Source of the DNA: Nitrospirales bacterium
GTDB taxonomy: Bacteria > Nitrospirota > Nitrospiria > Nitrospirales > UBA8639
Assembly: GCA_963555755.3 (NCBI GenBank)
Contig: OY820905.2
Span: 2,656,001 to 2,720,000 of the forward strand
Length of the DNA stretch: 64,000 bases
Direction of reading: 5' to 3'
The notes under the pieces are model-generated. The model was not told where the DNA came from. It searched no databases and saw only the letters and a program-made list of their open reading frames with translations. Shown here piece by piece: positions 40,290 through 50,987 of this stretch. The translations under genes and the position numbers were made by a program. Position 1 is the first letter of the stretch. Each line of letters starts with the position of its first letter.

Positions 40290-40940
40290 AGCGGCTGGCT
40301 AGGTCCTGATAAAAGGCTCGGCAGGACCTGACATATTCAGGCAGGTAAGGGGCGAAGAAATAATCCCGACACCAGGATTGTGAAGTAGGGGTCCGTCAGG
40401 AAATAACCGGGACAATTGGCCGAGACGATTTTGGAGTGAGCCAAGGAGCGATGAGCGACGCCGGTGCAGCCCAAAAGCGTCCGGCCCTACGGGGAGGCCC
40501 ATCTTTGGCCCAGTGCGTCGTGGCTCCTCAGTCACAGAGTCCCGCTATGCTCCCTTGTCGCGCCTTGGCCTGATCACAAATCTGGGTCACCCAATTGACC
40601 CGGTTATTTCGTGACGGACCCTCAGAATGCCCCGTTGTTCAAAAGGGATGATATACGAAAAGGCCTCGAACCGATCTCCTTCCTGAGTCTGCACGGTGAG
40701 CAGCTCCCGCCTGTACCTCTCATCCTCAAATTCGTCGAGGATGTGGAGAGTCTTCGAATCCACGCCCTCATACAGTCGGCCTGAAGTCGTTTCCCCCTTG
40801 GCTGGAGTCATGCCTGGATACACACAGTCCTGGATCAAATCGCGGACAATATCTTTTGGCGTGGGTTCGCGAGAAGCAAAAACCTGGCCGGTCACCGCCT
40901 CCATCACTTCAGGGATTTCTAACGTCCCGCAGGTAAATGG
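40290..40940 (-). pseudogene. Gamma-glutamylcyclotransferase (AIG2-like) gene interrupted by a MITE
   Basis: FTCGTL...YPG...LDEFEDERYRR; a plausible continuation after the insert reads TSQSWCRDYFF...YLPEY; ends approximate. Confidence 0.6.
40389..40621. mobile_element. MITE-like element (same family as 51524-51786)
   Basis: TIR GGGTCCGTCA.GAAATAACCGGG.CAATTGG. Confidence 0.85.
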
Positions 40941-41107
40941 CGTGAGGCTAACCCAAAATGTGAAGTGAGAACAGCCTGCGGACCTTGAAAGTTCCTGAAG
41001 TTTCATATTTCTTTTTTCATATTGATTCATCTTAGCAAGGTCGCGGCGGAACTTCCGAGAGTAGTATTTAGAAGGAGAGGCAAACCTTTTTGCCCAGTCA
41101 ACTTGCC

Positions 41108-41980
41108 ATGGCCAACATTGAACAATTCACCATTCTGAAGCAAGGGGTCTCAACGTGGAATGCCTGGCACGCGGAACACCCTGACGTCCAAGTCGATCTG
41201 AATCAAGCTCCATTGCGTGGAATGAGACTCGTTGGCGTGAACCTTGAAGGGGCGTTACTGATTGACGCAGACCTTCAGGGAACAGACTTGAGCCATGCTA
41301 ACCTGGCACGGGCCAATCTCAGCGGCGGGAACCTCTCGGACGCACAGTGCCAAGCTATCTGTTTGGACCAAGCCCTGCTTGTGAGAGCGAATCTCAGGAA
41401 AACCAATTTCGATGAGGCACAGCTCTGGTTAGGGCAAATGGGTGGTGCAACATTATGTGAGGCTTCACTCGTCAGAGCCAAAATGGTCAACGCCACGTTG
41501 GCGAAAGCCAATTTGGCTTATGCCAGCCTCAATGCCGCTGACTTGAGTTTTGCTCTGTTAGGTGAGGCCGTTCTGACCGAAGCCAATTTTGCACGCGCTA
41601 ATCTATGGAAGGCCAACCTGGAAGGCGCGCACCTGGAAGGCGCCAATTTCCGATACACCAATCTTCAAAAAGCAAATCTGGCTCGGTGTGTATTACAAGG
41701 AACGAATCTCGCTCGGGCCAATCTTGCTTATGCGAGTCTTTTTCAAGCCGACTTGATGTCGGCCGATGTAGCCAAAACAAACTTCCAGCACGCGATTTTG
41801 GTGGATACCGATCTGAGAGGAGTCAATCTCACACAAGTGGCAGGGGTCAGTTCCGGACAACTTCGAGTGGCCCTGACCGACGAAACCACTCACCCCCCCT
41901 GCGAATTAGTCGTGCCTGAGGAAGATTGTTGGGGTGAGACACCGAAGCCATGTTGGCTACCGCCTCAACTAGTCGCCTAA
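41108..41980 (+). CDS. Pentapeptide repeat protein
   Basis: GVSTWNAW N-terminus; many A(D/N)LxX repeats. Confidence 0.95.
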   Translation: MANIEQFTILKQGVSTWNAWHAEHPDVQVDLNQAPLRGMRLVGVNLEGALLIDADLQGTDLSHANLARANLSGGNLSDAQCQAICLDQALLVRANLRKTNFDEAQLWLGQMGGATLCEASLVRAKMVNATLAKANLAYASLNAADLSFALLGEAVLTEANFARANLWKANLEGAHLEGANFRYTNLQKANLARCVLQGTNLARANLAYASLFQADLMSADVAKTNFQHAILVDTDLRGVNLTQVAGVSSGQLRVALTDETTHPPCELVVPEEDCWGETPKPCWLPPQLVA

Positions 41981-41984
41981 GGGC

Positions 41985-42680
41985 TCATTCCGGTGGAACG
42001 CAATATTTCTTCCCCTTGGCCATACACAATCGATACGCAAACCGGTCAGCCCAAAACTTGAAAGATCTCTCTACGTCGTCCCAAGAGTTAAGAGAGCCTT
42101 CAAGCGTTTTTCCGCCTGCTCGCCGGTCGACTCCAGCCACTAATACTTCCCCAGTTTGACTATCGGTGACCTCGGCCTCAACGCTTGCGCTGCCAACGAA
42201 TGAGTTCGTCCCGAACGCTAGTTTTTTCGCTCCCGATAACAACCGCGCTTGAGGTAGGAGGGTGGTAATGGAATCCAAAAAGGGTTTCGATTGTTGCGCT
42301 TCCGTAATGGCGCTTCGTATTCGCATTACCCCAGGCCCTGGCTCCTTAACACGGCTGATTCTCTCATTTTTCAAGGCTTCGATCACGCGTACTTTGAGCA
42401 TTAGGGCTAACCGTTCCCGATCCTTTAACGGTACATCTTTTAGAGATTCATTTCCCATATCCCAAATCTTTACCGGGTCGATCATAAATTTGTCATACTT
42501 TCGCCAATCCACGTTTGGATTTCGATAAATCAAGGCTGCCTCGTCAGATCCTCCGGGTTTGAGCTTGGAATAATCTCCTAAAAATCCTCGGGTTTCCACC
42601 CCCCCAGCTTGCTGACTTGCAGCACAACCACTCAACACGAGCATCAACAACAAAAATGTCAGACCTGCATAGCGTTTCAT
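41985..42680 (-). CDS. DUF3313-like lipoprotein
   Basis: LSGC lipobox; GFLGDYSKLK; EAEVTDSQTGE. Confidence 0.8.
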   Translation of the reverse strand: MKRYAGLTFLLLMLVLSGCAASQQAGGVETRGFLGDYSKLKPGGSDEAALIYRNPNVDWRKYDKFMIDPVKIWDMGNESLKDVPLKDRERLALMLKVRVIEALKNERISRVKEPGPGVMRIRSAITEAQQSKPFLDSITTLLPQARLLSGAKKLAFGTNSFVGSASVEAEVTDSQTGEVLVAGVDRRAGGKTLEGSLNSWDDVERSFKFWADRFAYRLCMAKGKKYCVPPE

Positions 42681-42853
42681 GAGTACACGCTCCTTTTTGC
42701 GGTAGACGGACATCGAAAAATCCTGACCAATATTCCGATTCAAAAGAAAAATTCAGGTGTACCAGGGTGGCAAAGGTAGAGCGTGAAGATCAAGCCCCTT
42801 CACAAACGCCTTCGGAATTGGTGGACTTATAGTCTGGTTGCAACCAGAGATTG

Positions 42854-43775
42854 CTAAAAGCGAAAGGCTACCAGCAACGAAGGAGACAATACAAAGTTCG
42901 TGTAACGAAGTGTGCTAATGGTGGACTCATTCCGTGCGATGGTTCCTGTGAGATTCACCGTGACCCATTCTTGTGGTGTCCAATTAATGGCGGCTAACAG
43001 GCGGGCTCCATAGTCATGACGAGCTTCCAGCATGCTGGGTTCGAAGAAATCGTCGTAAGATTTGTAATCCACTTGCCCCTGAAAGAACACGACTATTGTT
43101 TGGGTTAAGGCGTGAACGAGGGTTCCTCCCCCAGCCAGGGCGGTGTTTGAAAAATCATCAGGATTAGCCCAGACACGAACCACGGAGAAGAAGGGATACA
43201 GCGCAGTTGTTTGGCTTAAGCCGACAGTCGTACTGATGTTCAATCCAAGATTATGAAGCGTGACCAAATGCGCATCGAAACTTCGATCGAAAATCGCACT
43301 GCCTTCGTAGCGTAGACTCATCACCCATCGATCAACTGGCCAACTCGCTCCAGCGCTCCCTGAAACACCACTAAAGTCGAGACCTTGGTTCCGATGATAG
43401 CGGGAAAGAAACCCGCTTCCACTCACAAACACATCCACGCGCTGAGCAATTCGAGTTTCTGCACGGACCAATAATGATTGGCACATAATCGTGTGTTTTC
43501 TGTTTGTCGCTGAGAAAGGCATTGTCAGTGAATTGATAGGAGGAATTGGAGTCGAGGGTGAACAGCTTGGGCCGGCGAAGCAACACGAGATCTTCCTCGC
43601 CAGTGAGAATTAATTCTTCTAGAGGAACAACAAGAATGGGACCCTCTTGAGCCTGTTGAGCCCGTTGCTCAATGGTTTGAGTTCCAAGTTCTTGCGCATG
43701 CGACTCAACTGAACAACCCATGCCCATCAAAGCGAGGAGGAGAGAAATGATCCAACGTCGTATGAAGTGTTGCGT
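42854..43775 (-). pseudogene. Outer-membrane beta-barrel protein, frameshifted near 43480, start lost
   Basis: ORFs 43371-43730 and 42854-43522 overlap in different frames; C-terminal FRF. Confidence 0.55.
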
Positions 43776-43929
43776 CCTAGGAGCCTGTCCAAGATTAGAC
43801 TGATCTACTGCGGGTGTGCCGGAGGTGGCCAGATCTTCATCGTTTTCGGGGAATGTTGAAAAAGGCCGCCAGCCTTCGCCAAGGCTACGGCAGACAAGCC
43901 AGCCGCGTTCTCGGGCTTGCGGGACAGCC

Positions 43930-44808
43930 TTATGGAGTAGCCCAATGATCTACCATAATCAGGAAGGCAAAATCCTGTCGAACAACAATCCAATCTGATG
44001 AGTCGAGTTGATCGATATTGTTGACAAAAAGCAGGGGGCTGATCAACCATTCTACGGTTTGTAAATCCCTGGTTCGTAAGGCATCAACAAACGCCTCCGC
44101 CACACCCCGCCTCAACCGTTCAACTTCTGGGTATTGCCGAATTAACTGCAATACCACAAGGTTCCCCAAATACTGGTGGCGCGCGGATGCTCCAGACCCG
44201 GGCTTGAAGGAAGAGGTCAGATTGAGATTCACATGTTCTAACAATCCCCAGAATTTTAGGCGTTCTTGGTTTTGCGCGACTTCCTCAAGATTGGCCTTCG
44301 TGTCAGGACTGAGTTCCACCGGGCTGGTGGCCAAAAAACTCCTGGCATCAAACACCACCACTTGAATATCCTCTTCGCCGAGTGGCCACGCCATAGCCTC
44401 ACCAGCTTCTGCCGTCTCGTCTTGCACCTGGATTTCCCCTACCAAGACCGCTGCAATCAAGACCGACGGTTTCGCTTGGAGCAGAAGCGTCGTGTGGGTC
44501 AAAGCGGTGAGAGACACATCGTAAAATGAAAGCCTTTGCCCTTTGGTCAACGTGGCGAGAATTGAGGATTCAGCGAGGGTCTCTTCCAATTCAATGAGCG
44601 TCACAGGCACATTGAGATCAGTCCTGTATAGTGTCAGGTACTGTGAATCTTGGCTCGTCGTGCTCCCTGAAGATTCACTCAATTGGGCAAGAGACATTTC
44701 TGGATGGGTAAAGACAAGAAATCCGAGGACAAGAATGATTTGAGTTCGAAGCGCTGGATTCACGCGTCTCCGATGGGGTGCTGATTCATCCCTGGCCTTC
44801 GTAGCCAC
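43930..44808 (-). CDS. Hypothetical exported protein, both ends abutting repeat remnants
   Basis: 292 aa ORF with a signal-like segment. Confidence 0.5.
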   Translation of the reverse strand: MATKARDESAPHRRRVNPALRTQIILVLGFLVFTHPEMSLAQLSESSGSTTSQDSQYLTLYRTDLNVPVTLIELEETLAESSILATLTKGQRLSFYDVSLTALTHTTLLLQAKPSVLIAAVLVGEIQVQDETAEAGEAMAWPLGEEDIQVVVFDARSFLATSPVELSPDTKANLEEVAQNQERLKFWGLLEHVNLNLTSSFKPGSGASARHQYLGNLVVLQLIRQYPEVERLRRGVAEAFVDALRTRDLQTVEWLISPLLFVNNIDQLDSSDWIVVRQDFAFLIMVDHWATP

Positions 44809-44935
44809 TTCGGCGGAGTAGGCTTGACCTGTAGCCCGAGAATGACGAGACGAAAGTTGAGGGACCGCAGCTTCTTTATCATGATCTGACTCAAACTGGC
44901 TTTTTCGGAAAGAACGAGTCTATCTTTCTATGGTC

Positions 44936-45655
44936 TTACTTCGCATCGTGAAAGATGATACCCAAGGCCCAACGCTGACCAGAGGTCACGGGACTGATGC
45001 CGTGCCGCATCGAAGCACGCAGCATACCTCGTTTACCCTGTACCGGACGATCAGACACCGGAAAGATAAGCAGATCGCCTCGATCTGGCTTGAGCACGAT
45101 TCCGCGAGCCTGTTGCCGGGGCCGATTTTCCACGAGAAGAAATTCGCCCCCTTCGAAATCTTTGCCTGGTTGACTCAGCATCACCATCACTTGCAGAGGG
45201 AACAACGTGGGGCCATAAATATCCCGATGCAAGCAATTAAATCCGCCTGCTTCGTAATGAAGCAGTAAAGGAGTTGGTTTCGTCTGCCCTTGACGTTGAC
45301 ATGCTTTTCGGAAGGCCGCATGGGTAGCAGGGTAGCGTTGTGACCGGTTCATCAACTCCATCATTCGATTGGCAATAGGAACGAGGTGAGGAAATAAATG
45401 AGTGCGTAAGTGAGCAACCACGGCGGGCAAAGGATTGGCAAAATACGAATATTCTCCTTGGCCAAAATTGTAGCGTGCCATGTCGATCCGGGATCGAAAA
45501 TAACGATCCTGATCATACAACTTGGCAAGGGACTGGCATTCGGAAGGTTGGACAAAATGGGGCTCATGCGCCCAGCCATTGGTGAACAGCGAGTGCGTGA
45601 TAGAAGTCCAGTCCAACGAGTGCGGATCGGGAAATGTTTTTCGGCTGGTGGCCAT
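44936..45655 (-). CDS. 2OG-Fe(II) oxygenase (DUF2086-like)
   Basis: FGQGEYSYF, PTPLLL, NCLHRD, GGEF, RHG. Confidence 0.85.
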   Translation of the reverse strand: MATSRKTFPDPHSLDWTSITHSLFTNGWAHEPHFVQPSECQSLAKLYDQDRYFRSRIDMARYNFGQGEYSYFANPLPAVVAHLRTHLFPHLVPIANRMMELMNRSQRYPATHAAFRKACQRQGQTKPTPLLLHYEAGGFNCLHRDIYGPTLFPLQVMVMLSQPGKDFEGGEFLLVENRPRQQARGIVLKPDRGDLLIFPVSDRPVQGKRGMLRASMRHGISPVTSGQRWALGIIFHDAK

Positions 45656-46014
45656 GGAGAGCTCCGCGCGTTCCTGATAGGGTTAAGGTGATTATCAGTT
45701 CAACGAGTAGTACCAAACAACCGAGATAGATGGTATTCTCGCGGGATGTTGAAAAAGCATGTCCTGAGTGTAGTCGCTCGTCGCTAGTAAAAAAATGAGC
45801 AACGACCAACTGTTTTTTCTTCACGCTTGCGTGCCGGGCCGACTCCGCCATAGTAGCCTCCTGGCTACAACGGCCGGGAGCGCTACAGCACGCAGGCACA
45901 ATCAACGAACAACCCCTTCCGAGCGACAAGTCCCGTGAATAATTTTTTCGTTAGAAAATCTAACACACCCATGGTCACCACCTGGTCATACGTTCTTTTG
46001 TTTCTCTCAATATC

Positions 46015-48828
46015 GTGAGCAAACCCTCTCGTCCCATATGGCGCAAGGTATTGTGGTGGTTGGGGATCGCGGTGTCCTTCAATCTTGCACTCTACATCCT
46101 TATTCCAAAAATCGCCTCCTTTATTGTGGAACGAAAATTTGAAACGTTCGGGCTTCGGAATGTCCACGTGGAGTTTGAATACCCGGGGTTACAACGAACC
46201 AGTATTCCCTTGATTGCTTTTCAAAAAGACATGGGATCGGAAACCGCTACCCTCACGATCCGAAATCTCACGCTGGAATATCACCTCCCCCAATTATTTG
46301 GAGGGTTTCTGAAGGCTGTCCGTCTTGAAGAATTGCACTTGGATATCACGGGCGTTCCATCCGAGCAACCCCAATCTATCACGAGTACGTCTGCTGTCAA
46401 CTCGGTGGGTGCGCCCTTACCCTTGTTGTCCCAATCCCTGCCGGACCTGCCATTCGGTCTCTTCTCCGTAACCAAAGCCACTATTTTTCGAGAGCAAGCC
46501 ACCGGGCCTCTCAGGCAAGTCACCATATCGAGTCTTCTTCGCAACGAACAGGGCACACTCGATGGGACCATCACCTTTCAGGGAGTCCGAGGGGACGCAT
46601 ATACCTTGCACGCTAAGATTAGTCCTCTCGGAGAGATGAAGATCGTGTTGGACTCCGGTACACATATCGCCGAGCCCCTCCTTGATGTGGAGTCCGTCAT
46701 GAAGGTGTCTCAGGATTCCGGCCTTCATTGGCAAGGGACCCTGACCGCAAATTTGAAACGCGCCACCCCGTTTTTAGCCTTACTGATGCCGCTTGGACCT
46801 GACCTTGAACGGGTTGATGGGATGGTGAAATTTCAATGGGATGGGTTTTCGCGTCAGATGGAGTCAGTGAAAAAGATGCTATATAACCCGTTCACTCAGC
46901 TTCACGTCGTGGTGGACGCTCATGTGGAACTCCCCGCCTGGGGAACAATGAGTGAAGACATTTCAATCAATGTCTCCGGGGAGGTGGAGGTGAATTCGAC
47001 TGAAATGAGAGTAGACCTCTCCCCGCCCTCTTTCATGAAGGCCCTTCTCAATCCTCACGAATTCCCTTTCCACGAGAACCTTCCCTTTCCTCATCTTAAT
47101 CAAGATCTTAATCAAGGAGAGCCAGTCCATATTCAATTGAACGACGTGGTTCGTAGTCGAATTTCTTTTGACCAAAAAGACCCGCAATGGAGTATTGAGG
47201 GCCCCATCCGAGTTCAATACGGGGAGGAGCGTTCGCCAATCGGGATGGATGTCACCTTCACCAATGCCTCCGGTCGATTGCTGGACCCGCTATCGACCCA
47301 TGCAAACGCCCAATTTGCCGTTTGGGGTTCATTGCCCCTCCTCGAACATCAACTGTTTCAGGTAAAAGATCTCCGCTGGATACTCAAAGGTCAGATGGGA
47401 TTGGAGAAGCAAGCGATCCAGGTCACTCTGGCCGAAGGCTCTTCGGTGAAAACCGGTTTGATTCAAATAGAACAGGGAAGGGCAGACCAAGTTGCATTTC
47501 ACATGAATCAGCCGGTTTCCTTGACCTATGACTGGCCCTTACAAAAATGGAACGTAGGAACCACCAGTGCGCAAATCGTGCTTCCCAAGATTCACTGGCG
47601 CGATCAATCCGTCTCTATTTCAAAGATAGGATTGCGCCTGGAAGAAGCGAGGGGCGAGGGACAAGATTGGCACACCAAAGGCACGGTGAAACTTCTTGGT
47701 GTGAGCACGACGATGGAGAATTTCTCTCCTCACACCACGAATCTGGCCATCGGGTTTGAGGCCAATTCTGAAGAAATTCAGGCAGGCATTGTCGCCGAAT
47801 CCACCGACAAAACCATCCGTGCAAAGGTGCGTATCGAACACCACCTCCACACAAACCAAGGAACGATTCAGGCAACATTGACACCAGAGGCCTTTTCGCC
47901 ATCAACGATGACCCTCAGCACCTTGATCCAACCATGGACGCATCCTTTTGATATCACCTCAGGCCAGCTTGGGATTTCGATTGCCTGTGTGTGGATGCCC
48001 ACGACTCCGAGTGAATCTTCTAGCATCGCCATCACACGAGGAGACGTGACCATCGCGCTCAAGAACATCGGCGGGTACTACGAGAACGTGCTCTTCGATA
48101 ATGTAAACTCTACAATTACTATCATTGCGAACAACCTCAACAACTTTGCCACGCTCCCCCCGGCAACCGTCTCGGTGGGAAGTGTGAAAGCCGGAGTTGA
48201 ACTTACCAACACCACATTCAAGGTGAATCTTGCACTCGGGGAAGGGGACGCCTTACCCACCGTGGATCTGGAAAATGTATCAGCCAACGTGTTTGGTGGG
48301 CAGATATCCAGCCCCCGCATCTACCTTGACTTGGCGAGACCGCCGGCACTCTTCACCGTGAAATTGAATGGCATTCAATTAGATCAACTCTTGCAACTCG
48401 AGCAACACAAAGGGCTGGATGGGACCGGAATTCTTGATGGGATCATCCCGATTACCCTGAATGCCACAACCGTCCAAGTGAAAGATGGAAAGCTCACGGC
48501 ACGGGCACCGGGAGGCGTGATTCGTTTTCAATCCCTTGATGACACCGCACACACCCTCATCCAAGCCAATCCGCAAATGAAAATTGTTTTGCAGTCTCTT
48601 AGGAATTTCCATTATGATGTATTACGAGTTGGGATACATTACCAGGAAGATGGCACGCTCAACTTGGCCACGCGGCTAGAGGGAAGAAACCCGGATCTCA
48701 AGCAGAGTCGCCCGGTTCACTTCAACTTGAATGTCAAGGAAAATATTCCGGCTCTGCTCAAAAGTTTGCAAGTCACGAAGGGCATTGAAGACAAGATTGA
48801 ACAACTCTTTCAAGGACCCTTGTTTTAA
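46015..48828 (+). CDS. ydbH: YdbH-family intermembrane bridge protein
   Basis: N-terminal TM, long beta-rich body, G.L.AR.PGG.IRF and ENIPALLKSL; operon with ynbE/ydbL-like genes. Confidence 0.8.
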   Translation: MSKPSRPIWRKVLWWLGIAVSFNLALYILIPKIASFIVERKFETFGLRNVHVEFEYPGLQRTSIPLIAFQKDMGSETATLTIRNLTLEYHLPQLFGGFLKAVRLEELHLDITGVPSEQPQSITSTSAVNSVGAPLPLLSQSLPDLPFGLFSVTKATIFREQATGPLRQVTISSLLRNEQGTLDGTITFQGVRGDAYTLHAKISPLGEMKIVLDSGTHIAEPLLDVESVMKVSQDSGLHWQGTLTANLKRATPFLALLMPLGPDLERVDGMVKFQWDGFSRQMESVKKMLYNPFTQLHVVVDAHVELPAWGTMSEDISINVSGEVEVNSTEMRVDLSPPSFMKALLNPHEFPFHENLPFPHLNQDLNQGEPVHIQLNDVVRSRISFDQKDPQWSIEGPIRVQYGEERSPIGMDVTFTNASGRLLDPLSTHANAQFAVWGSLPLLEHQLFQVKDLRWILKGQMGLEKQAIQVTLAEGSSVKTGLIQIEQGRADQVAFHMNQPVSLTYDWPLQKWNVGTTSAQIVLPKIHWRDQSVSISKIGLRLEEARGEGQDWHTKGTVKLLGVSTTMENFSPHTTNLAIGFEANSEEIQAGIVAESTDKTIRAKVRIEHHLHTNQGTIQATLTPEAFSPSTMTLSTLIQPWTHPFDITSGQLGISIACVWMPTTPSESSSIAITRGDVTIALKNIGGYYENVLFDNVNSTITIIANNLNNFATLPPATVSVGSVKAGVELTNTTFKVNLALGEGDALPTVDLENVSANVFGGQISSPRIYLDLARPPALFTVKLNGIQLDQLLQLEQHKGLDGTGILDGIIPITLNATTVQVKDGKLTARAPGGVIRFQSLDDTAHTLIQANPQMKIVLQSLRNFHYDVLRVGIHYQEDGTLNLATRLEGRNPDLKQSRPVHFNLNVKENIPALLKSLQVTKGIEDKIEQLFQGPLF

Positions 48829-48883
48829 CAGAGACAGTGAAACATTGGTTGGCCTTTCATTCGACACCTATCTCGATTCACGC

Positions 48884-49093
48884 ATGAACATCCAACGACA
48901 CATGCGATATACTCTGGGATTCGCTTTACTCGTGAGCGGTATCCTCGTATGGAGTTGTACCCCACGAATCGAAGTGGCTGCACCCGACAAACCTATCACG
49001 ATTAATTTGAACATCCAGATTGATCACGAAGTTCGGATCAAAGTTGAAAAAGACTTGGAGGATGTCTTTTCTGAAGACAGTAAGTTGTTCTAG
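48884..49093 (+). CDS. ynbE: YnbE-family lipoprotein
   Basis: CTPRIEVAAPDKPITINLNIQIDHEVRIKV. Confidence 0.9.
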   Translation: MNIQRHMRYTLGFALLVSGILVWSCTPRIEVAAPDKPITINLNIQIDHEVRIKVEKDLEDVFSEDSKLF

Positions 49094-49118
49094 CCGCAAT
49101 GTATAATGGAGTGAATCA

Positions 49119-49481
49119 ATGCGTTCAACCGTCCATCGATGGACCATCCAATGTGTGATCGTCGTGCTCTCGCTGGTCATGGCCTGTTCCACCGCCTGGG
49201 CCCTTTCCCTCGGTGACGCCAAAGGCCGAGGCTTGGTGGGCGAACAGCTCAGTGGCTATCTTGGAGCCGTCTCAGGAAAGGCTTCCTCTGATGTGCAATC
49301 ACTCATCGACAACGTCAATCAACAACGCAAACAACGGTATCAACAGATTGCCAAGCGGAATAAGACCAACCTGAAAGCCGTCGAAATGCTCGCGGGCCAG
49401 ACGGCCATGAAAAAAACGAAACCCGGGCATTACATTCAACTGCCGTCAGGCCAATGGACGAAAAAGGAGGCAACCCGATAA
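49119..49481 (+). CDS. ydbL: YdbL-family protein
   Basis: AKGRGLVGEQLSGYLG...N..R...Y..IA. Confidence 0.9.
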   Translation: MRSTVHRWTIQCVIVVLSLVMACSTAWALSLGDAKGRGLVGEQLSGYLGAVSGKASSDVQSLIDNVNQQRKQRYQQIAKRNKTNLKAVEMLAGQTAMKKTKPGHYIQLPSGQWTKKEATR

Positions 49482-49610
49482 TACACGCTCCAACTTTTCC
49501 TCATTCAACCCTTCCATCTTTACATCTTCTATGGGCTTCTGACCTTTTCATCAAAAGAAAGAATTGCGCTTAAGGAAAAATGACATACAATCGGAGATAA
49601 CTCGACAGGG

Positions 49611-50849
49611 ATGAGGGCTAAGCCGTGTGGGCCTCTGTCCACCCTTGTCCAATCAATAACAGAAAGACACAGCCTCGTGGAATCATTTCAAGGATTCGGA
49701 AAAGAATTCTCCTCGGTGTGGGAGACCGGCGTGTTCGGAATCAGCGTGGGAGAAGTCGTCACCGCGCTCCTCATTGTCCTGGTGTTCATGGGGATTCGGC
49801 GATTGTTTTACCGTTTTGTGGTCACCACGCTGAGAGCCCTCACCCGTCGAACCAAAACTGACCTCGACGACCTGCTCCTTGATGCCATGGAAAAACCTCT
49901 CGAGCTGGCATTTGTTATTGTCGGGCTCTATGTCGGCGTACAAGTGTTGCCGCTCTCTGATGCCGTCGGGGATATCTTTGATAAGCTGATCCGTTCGCTC
50001 ATCGCACTGATGTTGTTCTGGGCGATCTTTCGATCCATCGATCCTTTGTCTTCACTCATGGATCGTGGCATCGAAATGATGGGCAGTGTGAGCATGCGGG
50101 ATACTATGAAAGGCTTCTTCGTGAAGTTGGGGAAGTTTATTGTCGTTGTCCTTGGCATCGCCGCCGTGTTTCAAGAATGGGGATTCAACGTTGCGGCCGT
50201 GCTCGGCAGCTTAGGATTAGTCGGGATGGCCGTGGCACTGGGGGCCAAAGACTTCATTGCCAATCTGTTCGCAGGGTTGACTATTTTTCTCGACCGCATG
50301 TTTGAGAAAGGCAATTGGATTCGCACCACTGATATAGACGGCATTGTCGAAGATATCGGATTTCGCGCCACAAAAATTCGTCGATTCGACAAAGCGTTGG
50401 TCACCATTCCCAATTCGCGGTTAGCCGGGGAAGCCCTCATTAATTTTTCCCGGATGACGAATCGACGGATTTATTGGACCATCGGGGTTGAATACCGCAC
50501 CACCAAAGACCAACTTCGGCTCATCATTCAAGACATCTTAGCGTACCTGAAAGAAAACCAAGATTTTGAAACCAATCCCGCTCTCACCAAAACCTTTGTC
50601 TTTGTTGATTCCTTCGGTGCATCCAGCATCGACATCATGGTGTATTGTTTCACCAAAACCACCGTATGGGGCGAATGGCTAGCATGCAAGGAACGCCTTG
50701 GATATAAAATCAAAGAGATTGTGGAAGGCCACGGTACCGCCTTTGCCTTCCCCTCGACATCGCTTTATGTGGAGTCTTTGCCATTCGGAACACCCGAACC
50801 CTTCCCAATTCCGGGACAGCAAACGCCAACATCCCCTCAGACGTCTTAA
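49611..50849 (+). CDS. MscS-family mechanosensitive channel
   Basis: GNWI...GIVEDIGFRATKIR...IPNS; AFAFPS; start uncertain. Confidence 0.9.
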   Translation: MRAKPCGPLSTLVQSITERHSLVESFQGFGKEFSSVWETGVFGISVGEVVTALLIVLVFMGIRRLFYRFVVTTLRALTRRTKTDLDDLLLDAMEKPLELAFVIVGLYVGVQVLPLSDAVGDIFDKLIRSLIALMLFWAIFRSIDPLSSLMDRGIEMMGSVSMRDTMKGFFVKLGKFIVVVLGIAAVFQEWGFNVAAVLGSLGLVGMAVALGAKDFIANLFAGLTIFLDRMFEKGNWIRTTDIDGIVEDIGFRATKIRRFDKALVTIPNSRLAGEALINFSRMTNRRIYWTIGVEYRTTKDQLRLIIQDILAYLKENQDFETNPALTKTFVFVDSFGASSIDIMVYCFTKTTVWGEWLACKERLGYKIKEIVEGHGTAFAFPSTSLYVESLPFGTPEPFPIPGQQTPTSPQTS

Positions 50850-50987
50850 CGTTCACACGAACTTGTCCTTCCGAAACTCGTTTCTCCATAAGAATTTTGT
50901 AACCCGCCTGGGAATCCCACCCGAGACTTTGTACAATAAAATCGTTCGATCTCATTTATTTCTCATACACCCCTAAGGAGGCCCCTC